A DNA stretch of 46,044 nt from an uncultured bacterium (GTDB taxonomy: Bacteria > Patescibacteriota > Minisyncoccia > Moranbacterales > UBA2206): contig CAIMLT010000029.1 in the NCBI GenBank assembly GCA_903842445.1, forward strand, positions 1-46,044, given 5' to 3'. A model generated the notes under the pieces. The model was not told the DNA's origin. It made no database searches and saw nothing but the letters and a program-made list of their open reading frames with translations. The translations under genes and the position numbers were made by a program. This document shows, one piece after another, positions 19,029 to 26,622 of the stretch. Position 1 is the first letter of the stretch, and every line of letters begins with the position of its first letter.

Positions 19029-20081
19029 ATGGAAGAAGATATTTTTAAAGAAATTGAAGCCGAAGAGCAGGCCGAACAAAAAAAGAAAACACAGAATTTG
19101 ATTTCCGCTGTTATTTTGCTTTTGGGAATGTTTCTGGGTAGTCTTTTTGTTGATACGGCACAACTTTTTAAAAAAAGCGGGTATTCTGTTAAAAATCTTA
19201 ATAAATCAGATATTTTTGAGGCGAGTGGAAAAACTTGGGTGGCTTATACCGAATCGGCTGTCGGGATGCAAGTAATTAGTGATGAAACTTGTGAAAAATG
19301 TGATGTTTCAGAGGTTTTAGTTTGGCTCCGTCGCATTGTGCCAACCATCTCAACTGAAAAGATTGATTTTAAATCTGATGAAGGGAGAGACTTAATTGAC
19401 AGATTTGGCATTAAAACATTGCCGGCTTTTATTTTTGATGATTCTGTTATGAAAACCGATTTTTATACTCAAGCTAAAATTCTTTTTGATCAAAAAGAGA
19501 ATAAGCTTTCTTTGCGAACGCAAGACATTGGCATTCCAGTGGGAAAGTATCTTATGACCCCTGAAATAAATGACGGCGATGCATTGACTGGAGCTAAAGA
19601 GGCAAAAGTTAGGGTTGTCGTGTTTTCTGATTTCCAATGTCCTTATTGCAAGCTTTTTCATAAAGTGATGCAAGATGCCATTAAGAATTATGGCGATAGG
19701 ATAATCTTTGATTATAAATTTTTGCCGCTAGAGATTCATCCGCAAGCCAATAGTGCTGCCCTGGCGGCAACTTGCGCTTTGGAGCAGGGAAAATTTTGGG
19801 AATATGCTGACAAGCTTTATGCAGATCAAACGATTTGGGGAGGAAAAAAAGATACGAATAAGTTCAAAGAATATTCCAGAATATTGAAGTTGGATGGAGC
19901 TAAATTCAGTCAATGTTTGGATAGCAAAAAATATCAAGAAAAAATTGATAAGGATATCGAAGAGGCTAATAGTTTTAGTATTTCTGGAACGCCAGGCGTG
20001 TTCGTGAACGACCAATTTCAAGAAGGTGCAATTTCTTATGAACAAGTGAAAGAAGCAATTGATGGTGAATTGGCGAAATAA
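19029..20081 (+). CDS. Membrane-anchored DsbA-family thiol:disulfide oxidoreductase with two CxxC modules
   Basis: N-terminal TM. First thioredoxin-like module has CEKC. The second has the DsbA-type FSDFQCPYCKLF plus GTPGVFVN (cis-Pro loop). Confidence 0.85.
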   Translation: MEEDIFKEIEAEEQAEQKKKTQNLISAVILLLGMFLGSLFVDTAQLFKKSGYSVKNLNKSDIFEASGKTWVAYTESAVGMQVISDETCEKCDVSEVLVWLRRIVPTISTEKIDFKSDEGRDLIDRFGIKTLPAFIFDDSVMKTDFYTQAKILFDQKENKLSLRTQDIGIPVGKYLMTPEINDGDALTGAKEAKVRVVVFSDFQCPYCKLFHKVMQDAIKNYGDRIIFDYKFLPLEIHPQANSAALAATCALEQGKFWEYADKLYADQTIWGGKKDTNKFKEYSRILKLDGAKFSQCLDSKKYQEKIDKDIEEANSFSISGTPGVFVNDQFQEGAISYEQVKEAIDGELAK

Positions 20082-20104
20082 AAAAAATAGTTGATTGAAT
20101 TTGT

Positions 20105-20133
20105 AAAGACGTCCTGCTCGGGCGTCTTTTTGC
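20105..20133 (+). terminator. Rho-independent terminator after the dsbA-like gene
   Basis: Stem AAAGACGTCC (20105-20114) / GGGCGTCTTT (20120-20129) with one G-U pair, 5-nt loop, then TTT. Confidence 0.75.
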
Positions 20134-20149
20134 ATTGTGATAAAAAAAC

Positions 20150-20211
20150 TTGACAATCCTAGACGCCCCAACGGGTCGTCTCTACAATCAGATTAAATTT
20201 TATGCTATACT
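20150..20211 (+). promoter_or_regulatory. Candidate por operon promoter region with an embedded GC-rich hairpin
   Basis: TTGACA at 20150-20155. Hairpin AGACGCCCC-AAC-GGGTCGTCT at 20161-20181. Extended -10 TGcTATACT at 20203-20211 ends 6 nt before the ATG at 20218. Confidence 0.4.
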
Positions 20212-20217
20212 AATCCT

Positions 20218-20787
20218 ATGAAATATCATAAAGATACAATGGAATTTATCTTTTTTGCGCGGGGTGGGCAAGGAGCAAAAACCGCTGCGGAAATTATTGC
20301 GCAGGCTGCGGTGGCTGAAGGTAATTTCGTGCAAACTTTCCCTAATTTCGGACCTGAGCGCAGTGGTGCGCCAACCAAAACTTATTTGCGTATTTCTGAT
20401 AAGGCTATTCGCACCAAGGAACCAGTTATTGATCCGGACGTAGTGGTTGTTTTAGATGACACGCTTCTTTCAAGCCAGAAAGTAACTGAAGGGTTGGACA
20501 AAAATGAAGCGCTGATTATTAATTCTACGAAGCATTCACATGAGATTAGGAACACCATTCGTTTTGATGGTAAAATTCATGCTGTTGACGCTAATGGAAT
20601 TTCAATGGAAGTTGTTGGACAGCTCAGACCAAACACAGTGATTTTGGGGAAAATTATTAAAGTTACAGAAATTGTGAAATTGGAAAGTATTCTAGAAGAA
20701 TTTCGCAAAATTTTTGAAGAAAAAATCGGCAAAGAGAATTGTGAAAAAAACATTTTGGCAATTGAAAAGGCGTATGATAGTATTTAA
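20218..20787 (+). CDS. porG: Pyruvate/2-oxoacid:ferredoxin oxidoreductase, gamma subunit
   Basis: Motifs FFARGGQGAKTAAEIIAQAA and GPERSGAP. 189 aa. First gene of a gamma-delta-alpha-beta order. Confidence 0.9.
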   Translation: MKYHKDTMEFIFFARGGQGAKTAAEIIAQAAVAEGNFVQTFPNFGPERSGAPTKTYLRISDKAIRTKEPVIDPDVVVVLDDTLLSSQKVTEGLDKNEALIINSTKHSHEIRNTIRFDGKIHAVDANGISMEVVGQLRPNTVILGKIIKVTEIVKLESILEEFRKIFEEKIGKENCEKNILAIEKAYDSI

Positions 20788-20798
20788 CTGAAATTTTT

Positions 20799-21080
20799 AT
20801 GGAAAAAGGCGCAATCATCAAGCATGATATCAAAAAATCTCCCCGGACCGGTTCTTGGCGATATATGAAACCGGAAGTGGATAAAGATAAGTGTATTGGC
20901 TGCGCGACTTGCGTGCCGTTTTGTCCTGAAGCTTCGATAACAGTGAACAGTGAACAAAAGTCAGTGAACAATAAAAAAAAATCAAAAGGTGTTGCTGAAA
21001 TAGATTATGAATTTTGCAAAGGTTGCGGAGTGTGCGCGCAAGTTTGTCCGGTAAAAGCAATTTTAATGAAAAAGAATTAG
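20799..21080 (+). CDS. porD: Pyruvate:ferredoxin oxidoreductase, delta subunit (2x[4Fe-4S] ferredoxin)
   Basis: Two CxxCxxCxxxCP clusters: CIGCATCVPFCP and CKGCGVCAQVCP. 93 aa. Confidence 0.9.
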   Translation: MEKGAIIKHDIKKSPRTGSWRYMKPEVDKDKCIGCATCVPFCPEASITVNSEQKSVNNKKKSKGVAEIDYEFCKGCGVCAQVCPVKAILMKKN

Positions 21081-21083
21081 CTT

Positions 21084-22226
21084 ATGACAAATAATAAAAA
21101 AAACAAATTGGCTTTGACCGGTGGATATGCGGTTGCCTATGCATTGAGGCAAATTGAGCCTGATGTTATGCCGATCTATCCGATCACTCCGCAAACTCCA
21201 ATTATTGAAACTTATGCCAAATTTGTGGCGGATGGCGAAGTTATGACAGAAATGATTGAAGTTGAATCGGAGCATAGCGCGATGAGTGCGGCAATTGGGG
21301 CGTCAGCTGCCGGAGCACGCACAGCGACGGCGACAAGTTCGCAAGGACTTGCCTATATGCATGAAATGCTCTATATCGCATCTGGCATGCGCCTGCCAAT
21401 TCTCATGGTAGTGGCAGCTAGGGCACTTTCAGCGCCACTTAGCATTCACGGTGATCACAGTGATGTAATGGGAAGTCGCGATGCCGGTTGGGTGCAGATT
21501 TTTTGCGAAAATCCACAAGAGGTCTATGACAAAACAATCATCGGGATGAAACTGGCGGAACGTGTCGGACTACCGGTGATGGTGATTATGGATGGATTCA
21601 ACACTTCGCATTCCGTGGAAAATTTGGAGATTTTGGATGCGAAACTCGTCAAAAAATTTATTGGAGAATATCTTCCTGAGCACTCATTGCTTGACATTGA
21701 AAATCCGGTGACGTATGGACCGGTGGCGCTTCAAGAATCTTATTTTGAATTCAAAATTGATCAAGAAGAGGCGATGGCGAAAGTGGCGGAAGAATATTTG
21801 AAGATTTCCAGGGAGTATGAAAAAATCAGTGGAAGAAAATATGGTTTTTTTGAAGAGTATCGCTTGGAAGATGCCGAGAAAGTTTTAGTGCTTATCGGCT
21901 CAGTTGCCGGAACCGCAAAAGATGCGGTTGATGAGCTGCGAAAGAAAGGTGAAAAAGTTGGGTTAATTAAGATTGAACTGTTTCGTCAGTTTCCATTTGC
22001 CAAAATTGCCAATGCGCTAAAAAATGCTAAAGAAATAATCGTGATGGATCGAGCTCAATCAATCGGTTCACATCCGCCACTATATTCAGAAATCATGGTT
22101 GGTCTAAGGGATAGGAGTGATATGAAAATTTCCAGTATTATCTATGGTCTGGGTGGACGAGATGTTTTTAAAAAACAATTTGAAAATATTCTGGAGGGGA
22201 AATTTGATAATAAGTATTTAATTTAA
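21084..22226 (+). CDS. porA: Pyruvate:ferredoxin oxidoreductase, alpha subunit
   Basis: Motifs GGYAVAYALRQIEPDVMPIYPITPQT, ESEHSAMSAAIGASAAGAR and ATSSQGL. 380 aa. Confidence 0.92.
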   Translation: MTNNKKNKLALTGGYAVAYALRQIEPDVMPIYPITPQTPIIETYAKFVADGEVMTEMIEVESEHSAMSAAIGASAAGARTATATSSQGLAYMHEMLYIASGMRLPILMVVAARALSAPLSIHGDHSDVMGSRDAGWVQIFCENPQEVYDKTIIGMKLAERVGLPVMVIMDGFNTSHSVENLEILDAKLVKKFIGEYLPEHSLLDIENPVTYGPVALQESYFEFKIDQEEAMAKVAEEYLKISREYEKISGRKYGFFEEYRLEDAEKVLVLIGSVAGTAKDAVDELRKKGEKVGLIKIELFRQFPFAKIANALKNAKEIIVMDRAQSIGSHPPLYSEIMVGLRDRSDMKISSIIYGLGGRDVFKKQFENILEGKFDNKYLI

Positions 22227-22233
22227 AGGTAAT

Positions 22234-22482
22234 ATGATGAATTTTGTTCCTTGGCAGTTTCATTTTATTTCTCTTGGGGCTGTGGGATTTTGGTTTTTGT
22301 ACTGGGGAATGAAACAGCAAGCAGAATTTAAAGAAGAGCATTTAAACAGCACTACTTGGCTTGGGATTATTTTAGTTCTGATTTCTATCACATCCGTTTT
22401 TTATTCGCAAGGTGTTATTTTTGGGAGTGTATATCTGATTGTGGCTATAATCATTGGAAAATCATATTTTAATGTGATTTAG
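22234..22482 (+). CDS. Small hypothetical membrane protein inserted between porA and porB
   Basis: 82-aa ORF with 2-3 hydrophobic helices, 7 nt after the porA stop and 10 nt before the porB start. No known motif. Confidence 0.5.
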   Translation: MMNFVPWQFHFISLGAVGFWFLYWGMKQQAEFKEEHLNSTTWLGIILVLISITSVFYSQGVIFGSVYLIVAIIIGKSYFNVI

Positions 22483-22492
22483 ATAATTTATT

Positions 22493-23401
22493 ATGAACAA
22501 AAATTTATCAAAACATTTGGCGCCAGGTCATAGCGCTTGCGCAGGATGCGCGTTCCCCTCAATTGTGCGAACGATTCTGGGTGAAGCGACCACGCCGGTG
22601 GTGATTTCCAATGCAACGGGTTGTCTTGAGGTAACTTCAACCATCTATCCCTACACAGCTTGGAATGTGCCCTATATTCATAGTGCTTTTGAAAATGCGG
22701 CGGCAACTATTTCTGGTGTGGAGAGAGCCTATCTGGCGATGAAAAAAAAAGGAAAAATAAAAAAGAAAATTAAGTTTGTAGTGTTTGGCGGAGATGGAGG
22801 TACCTATGATATTGGTCTTCAAAGTTTGTCTGGAGCACTTGAGCGCGGACATGATTTTCTTTATGTTTGCTATGATAACGGTGGCTACATGAACACGGGC
22901 AATCAAAGATCATCAGCTACGCCTTATGGCGCGGGAACAGAAACGACGCCACTAGGAAAAGAATCTTTTGGAAAAGTAGAAACGCGTAAAAGCTTAATGG
23001 AGATAGTTGCGGCGCACAGAATTTCATATGCCGCGCAAGCTAATGTTTCCAATCTAGCTGATCTTAAGACGAAAGCCAAAAAAGCTCTGTCAGTTTCCGG
23101 GCCGTCATTTCTCCTGGTTTTTTCGCCTTGCACAAATAATTGGAAATTTCCAACTTCGCAGTATGTCGCAATTTCTAAGCTGGCGTCTGAAACAAATTTT
23201 TGGCCGCTCTATGAAATTGAAAATGGAAAATACAAACTAAACTTTGAACCAAAGACGCTAAAACCGGTTGCTGAATTTTTGAAAACCCAGGGGCGGTTCA
23301 AGCATTTGTTTTCTGAGAAAAATAAATTGGTTCTAGGGCAAATTCAAAAAAAGGTGAATTCTGAATTTGCGAAAATCGCCAGTCTCTGCGGGCTTCTTTA
23401 A
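22493..23401 (+). CDS. porB: Pyruvate:ferredoxin oxidoreductase, beta subunit (TPP-binding)
   Basis: Motifs GHSACAGCA (cluster Cys) and GGDGGTYDIGLQSL...YDNGGYMNTGNQ (TPP GDG...N motif). 302 aa. Confidence 0.93.
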   Translation: MNKNLSKHLAPGHSACAGCAFPSIVRTILGEATTPVVISNATGCLEVTSTIYPYTAWNVPYIHSAFENAAATISGVERAYLAMKKKGKIKKKIKFVVFGGDGGTYDIGLQSLSGALERGHDFLYVCYDNGGYMNTGNQRSSATPYGAGTETTPLGKESFGKVETRKSLMEIVAAHRISYAAQANVSNLADLKTKAKKALSVSGPSFLLVFSPCTNNWKFPTSQYVAISKLASETNFWPLYEIENGKYKLNFEPKTLKPVAEFLKTQGRFKHLFSEKNKLVLGQIQKKVNSEFAKIASLCGLL

Positions 23402-23402
23402 G

Positions 23403-23735
23403 ATGAAAAGCTTTTCTACAAATATCTCCAAATCTTTCTCTGAATTGGTTTATGCTAAAACTAAACTTGTTCCACGTGGGAGAGTAACGACTTATGGTCA
23501 AATTGCTAAGGCAATTGGAAAACCAAAATCTTCTCGAGCAGTGGGTAACGCGCTAAATTGCAATCCCTATGCGCCAGTCGTTCCCTGTCATCGCGTGGTG
23601 AGAAGCGACGGGAAAATAGGAGGTTTTGCTTATGGTGCAAAAGCTAAAGCTGGACTTTTGGCGAAAGAAGGAGTAAAAGTAATAGACGGAAAGATTATGG
23701 ATTTTCCGAAAAAATTGTTTAAATTTGGAAAATAA
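23403..23735 (+). CDS. ogt: Methylated-DNA--protein-cysteine methyltransferase, single-domain (MGMT/Ogt C-terminal domain only)
   Basis: Motifs GRVTTYGQIA, RAVGNAL and active-site PCHRVV. ATG 23403 lies 1 nt after the porB stop. The ORF-track start at 23367 overlaps porB. Confidence 0.88.
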   Translation: MKSFSTNISKSFSELVYAKTKLVPRGRVTTYGQIAKAIGKPKSSRAVGNALNCNPYAPVVPCHRVVRSDGKIGGFAYGAKAKAGLLAKEGVKVIDGKIMDFPKKLFKFGK

Positions 23736-23758
23736 TTTTGTGATTTTTCAGTATTTCT

Positions 23759-23790
23759 AGTGTCATCCTTGTGAAGGCGGGGATCCAGGG
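23759..23790 (+). repeat. GC-rich palindromic element, short form (GTCATCC...GGCGGGGATCCAGG)
   Basis: AGTGTCATCC (23759-23768) and GGCGGGGATCCAGG (23776-23789) are perfect reverse complements of 23944-23953 and 23901-23914. Confidence 0.8.
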
Positions 23791-23900
23791 TCCCCTATCT
23801 ACAAACTCTGAAAAATCAAACTGTAAGCACAATAATCTTTCCAATTAAGTAGGTCTTAAATTTTAATAATCCGCCTTTTCTTTATTTTAAGCTTGAGGTG

Positions 23901-23953
23901 CCTGGATCCCCGCCGGAGTTTATCCTCGTGAAAACGGGGGCGGGGATGACACT
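23901..23953 (-). repeat. GC-rich palindromic element, long form (about 50 nt), inverted relative to the 31108 copy
   Basis: The reverse complement TGTCATCCCCGCCCCCGTTTTCACGAGGATAAACTCCGGCGGGGATCCAG matches 31108-31157 at 47 of 50 positions. It contains an internal 9-bp stem ATCCCCGCC / GGCGGGGAT. Confidence 0.85.
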
Positions 23954-23973
23954 GAATTTACGAAATTTATTTT

Positions 23974-25011
23974 ATGCAAATCGAAAAATTAAAAAAAATT
24001 CTAATTGAAAATGGTGAACCGAAATTTCGTTTAAGCCAGATTAAAAAAGCCATCTATCAAGATGGCGTTTCTGCTTTTTCGGAAATTTCAACTATTTCCA
24101 AAAATTTGCGTGAACTGCTGGAGAAGGAAGTTGAGATTCTGTCATTTGAGGTGGAAAAAGTTTTAGCTTCCAAGGACGGACTATCTCTAAAAGCACTCTT
24201 CAAATTAGTAGACGGAAGTAGAATTGAATCGGTTTTGCTTTCGCCGATAGAAAATAAATGGTCAGTTTGTATTTCTTCCCAAGTTGGATGCCAGTTGAAT
24301 TGCGGTTTTTGCGCAACCGGAAAAAATGGATTTCAAAGAAATCTAACTGCCGAAGAAATTAGCGACCAAGTTTTATTTTGGAGGCAGCACCTACAAAAAA
24401 ATTTCAAATTTAAAATTTCAAATTTAAAATTGACAAACGTCGTCTACATGGGAATGGGGGAGCCGTTTTTGAATTGGGATGAGGTCAGAAAAAGCCTCAA
24501 AGATTTAACAGATAAGGATTTATTTGCTTTCGGTTCGCGAAGTATTTCCGTTTCGACAGCTGGAATACCCGATGGAATTCAAAAACTTGCAGAAGAATTT
24601 CCACAAATTAATTTGGCAATCTCCTTGCATTTTGCAAGTGATGTTAAAAGAAACCAATTTATGCCGATTAATAAAAAATATAATTTAGAAGAATTGAAAA
24701 TGGCTCTCCGCGATTATTTCTCTAAAACCAAAAGGCAAGTTTTTATTGAGTATCTGATGCTATCTGGGATTAATGATAGCGAAGAAGACGCTTACGCACT
24801 TTCAACGTATCTAAAATCAATTGGTAATCGCCAACTTTTGCATGTCAACCTGATTGCCTATAACGAAACAGGCAATTCTTTCAAAGCTTCTTCCGGCAAC
24901 AAAACTCATTTGTTCAAAAACTATCTGGAAAACGGAGGACTTAGCGTAACAATCAGAAAAAGTCTTGGGCAAGAAGTTTCGGGTGCTTGTGGGCAATTGG
25001 CAGGTAAATGA
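23974..25011 (+). CDS. rlmN: 23S rRNA (adenine2503-C2)/tRNA methyltransferase RlmN (radical SAM)
   Basis: Motifs FRLSQI, CISSQVGCQLNCGFCATG, MGMGEPFLN, SVSTAG and the C-terminal Cys in GACGQL. Confidence 0.93.
   Translation: MQIEKLKKILIENGEPKFRLSQIKKAIYQDGVSAFSEISTISKNLRELLEKEVEILSFEVEKVLASKDGLSLKALFKLVDGSRIESVLLSPIENKWSVCISSQVGCQLNCGFCATGKNGFQRNLTAEEISDQVLFWRQHLQKNFKFKISNLKLTNVVYMGMGEPFLNWDEVRKSLKDLTDKDLFAFGSRSISVSTAGIPDGIQKLAEEFPQINLAISLHFASDVKRNQFMPINKKYNLEELKMALRDYFSKTKRQVFIEYLMLSGINDSEEDAYALSTYLKSIGNRQLLHVNLIAYNETGNSFKASSGNKTHLFKNYLENGGLSVTIRKSLGQEVSGACGQLAGK
24401..24431 (+). repeat. 14-bp perfect tandem duplication inside rlmN
   Basis: ATTTCAAATTTAAA at 24401-24414 and again at 24415-24428, then ATT. 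It encodes NFKFKISNLKL. Confidence 0.85.
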
Positions 25012-25017
25012 TTAGAT

Positions 25018-26622
25018 TTAAAGCTTTTTTACCATATAGCTATCTTTCAAGTGATAACCCAATTTTCGATAGTATCCGCGTGCACCGATGCCTGAAATTA
25101 CGGCGATTTTCTTGAGGCCGAATTCATCGTGTGCGATTCGTTCAGCTTCCAAGATTAATTTTTTGCCAAGGCCGATGTGTTGTGGGGAATTTTTGTCGGA
25201 TTTATTAATGCTTGTTAGCTTGCCATAAGTATGCACTTCGCGGATGATGGCGGAATTTTTGAGGACTGATATGACTGGATTCCCGTCTGCACGGGAATGA
25301 CAAAAAGAGGGAATGCGGAGACGAAGAAGTGCGAAAAGTTTTTTATTGTCTCTTGTTGCGTATTCTAGAAAAATTTCTTTTCCATCACTTGCGTCATAAT
25401 CAATGCGGTTGAGAATTATGCTTTCTTTGGGTTTGAAATCTCCACCTACTTCACGGCAACGGATACACTGGCACATTGACTCTTTCTCGATGTTTTGACG
25501 GAGATTGGAAATTGTCGGACCGGCGAGAATGGAAGTTGTCGGCACATCACGCACAAGCCTTGCGATTCTGACATAGGGCGGAATAATATTTTTTTTAATT
25601 TTCAAAATAAATTTGGCAAACTCAATGTCGCCCAGTGGTTGGTATTTTCTTTTTTGGAAAAGTCGATGGAGCGCGGTGTTTTTAGTAACAACAGTCGGAT
25701 AAATTTTTAGCATATCCGGTTGAAAGTTAGAACTTCTGAATAATTCTTGAAACATCTCGTAGTCTCTTTTGAGATTTGAGCCGGGAAGTCCGGGCATAAT
25801 ATGATAATTAATTTTAAAGCCGGCATCTTTTAGGAGTTTAGTAGCCTCAATAGTCGCTTGAATAGAATGTCCGCGCTTATTTATTTTCAAAACATCATCA
25901 AAAATGCTTTGCACGCCAAGTTCAACTCGTGTGCAACCCAGCTTTCGAAAATTCACAATTTCTTCTTCATTAATATAATCCGGGCGAGTTTCCAAGGTTA
26001 AGCCGATAATTCGACATGCGGCTTTTTCGTTGCGGTTTTGTTCTTTTTCTAACGCGGTAGAGACGCGATTAATCGCGTCTCTACGATTAATGTGATAATC
26101 ATTACACGCGCGAAAACATTCCGTGATGAATTTTTTTTGGTAATTTTTTGGAAAATAGGAAAAGGTTCCACCCATCACTATGAGTTCTACTTTTTCAATT
26201 TTATGGCCATTAAGTTCCAGGGCGCGCAGACGCCTTTGAACTTGCCGATGTGGATTAAATTTGGCGGAAATCGCGCGCATAACCGCCGGTTCGTTTGAGA
26301 GATAGCTTTTGGGCATTTCTTTTTCACTTGGGCAATAGATGCATTTTCCAGGACACGGGTATGGCTTAGTGAGAACGGCAACTACAGCCACGCCAGACTG
26401 CGTGCGCATTTTTTTGCTAAGCAAAATTTTTTCAAAGTTAAAGTTTCTTTCAATTTCTTTTTTTGCAATCATTTTTTCGTAATATTCCCGAACGTCGGCA
26501 TTGGTTGGTGGCTGAACAGCAAGTTTTTTGCAGATATCTTTTTTGAGACGCGAAAAATCTGCAGGATCTTCAATATTTGCTTCCATTGCTAATTTTATGA
26601 AATTGTCATAGGATTTAAGCAT
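25018..26622 (-). CDS. elp3: ELP3-family radical-SAM / GNAT acetyltransferase-fold enzyme (tRNA uridine-34 carboxymethyl synthase homologue)
   Basis: Radical-SAM cluster CPGKCIYCP, then LTLETRPDY, ELGVQS and IMPGLPG. C-terminal GNAT: IREVHTYG, QHIGLGKKL and GARGYYRKLGY. 534 aa. Confidence 0.88.
   Translation of the reverse strand: MLKSYDNFIKLAMEANIEDPADFSRLKKDICKKLAVQPPTNADVREYYEKMIAKKEIERNFNFEKILLSKKMRTQSGVAVVAVLTKPYPCPGKCIYCPSEKEMPKSYLSNEPAVMRAISAKFNPHRQVQRRLRALELNGHKIEKVELIVMGGTFSYFPKNYQKKFITECFRACNDYHINRRDAINRVSTALEKEQNRNEKAACRIIGLTLETRPDYINEEEIVNFRKLGCTRVELGVQSIFDDVLKINKRGHSIQATIEATKLLKDAGFKINYHIMPGLPGSNLKRDYEMFQELFRSSNFQPDMLKIYPTVVTKNTALHRLFQKRKYQPLGDIEFAKFILKIKKNIIPPYVRIARLVRDVPTTSILAGPTISNLRQNIEKESMCQCIRCREVGGDFKPKESIILNRIDYDASDGKEIFLEYATRDNKKLFALLRLRIPSFCHSRADGNPVISVLKNSAIIREVHTYGKLTSINKSDKNSPQHIGLGKKLILEAERIAHDEFGLKKIAVISGIGARGYYRKLGYHLKDSYMVKKL
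25277..25301 (-). repeat. Short palindromic element GTCATTCCCG-TGCAGA-CGGGAATCC lying in-frame inside the elp3-like gene
   Basis: 7-bp stem ATTCCCG / CGGGAAT (25279-25298). Both termini are identical to those of the 31108-31158 element. It encodes CHSRADGNPV. Confidence 0.75.
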
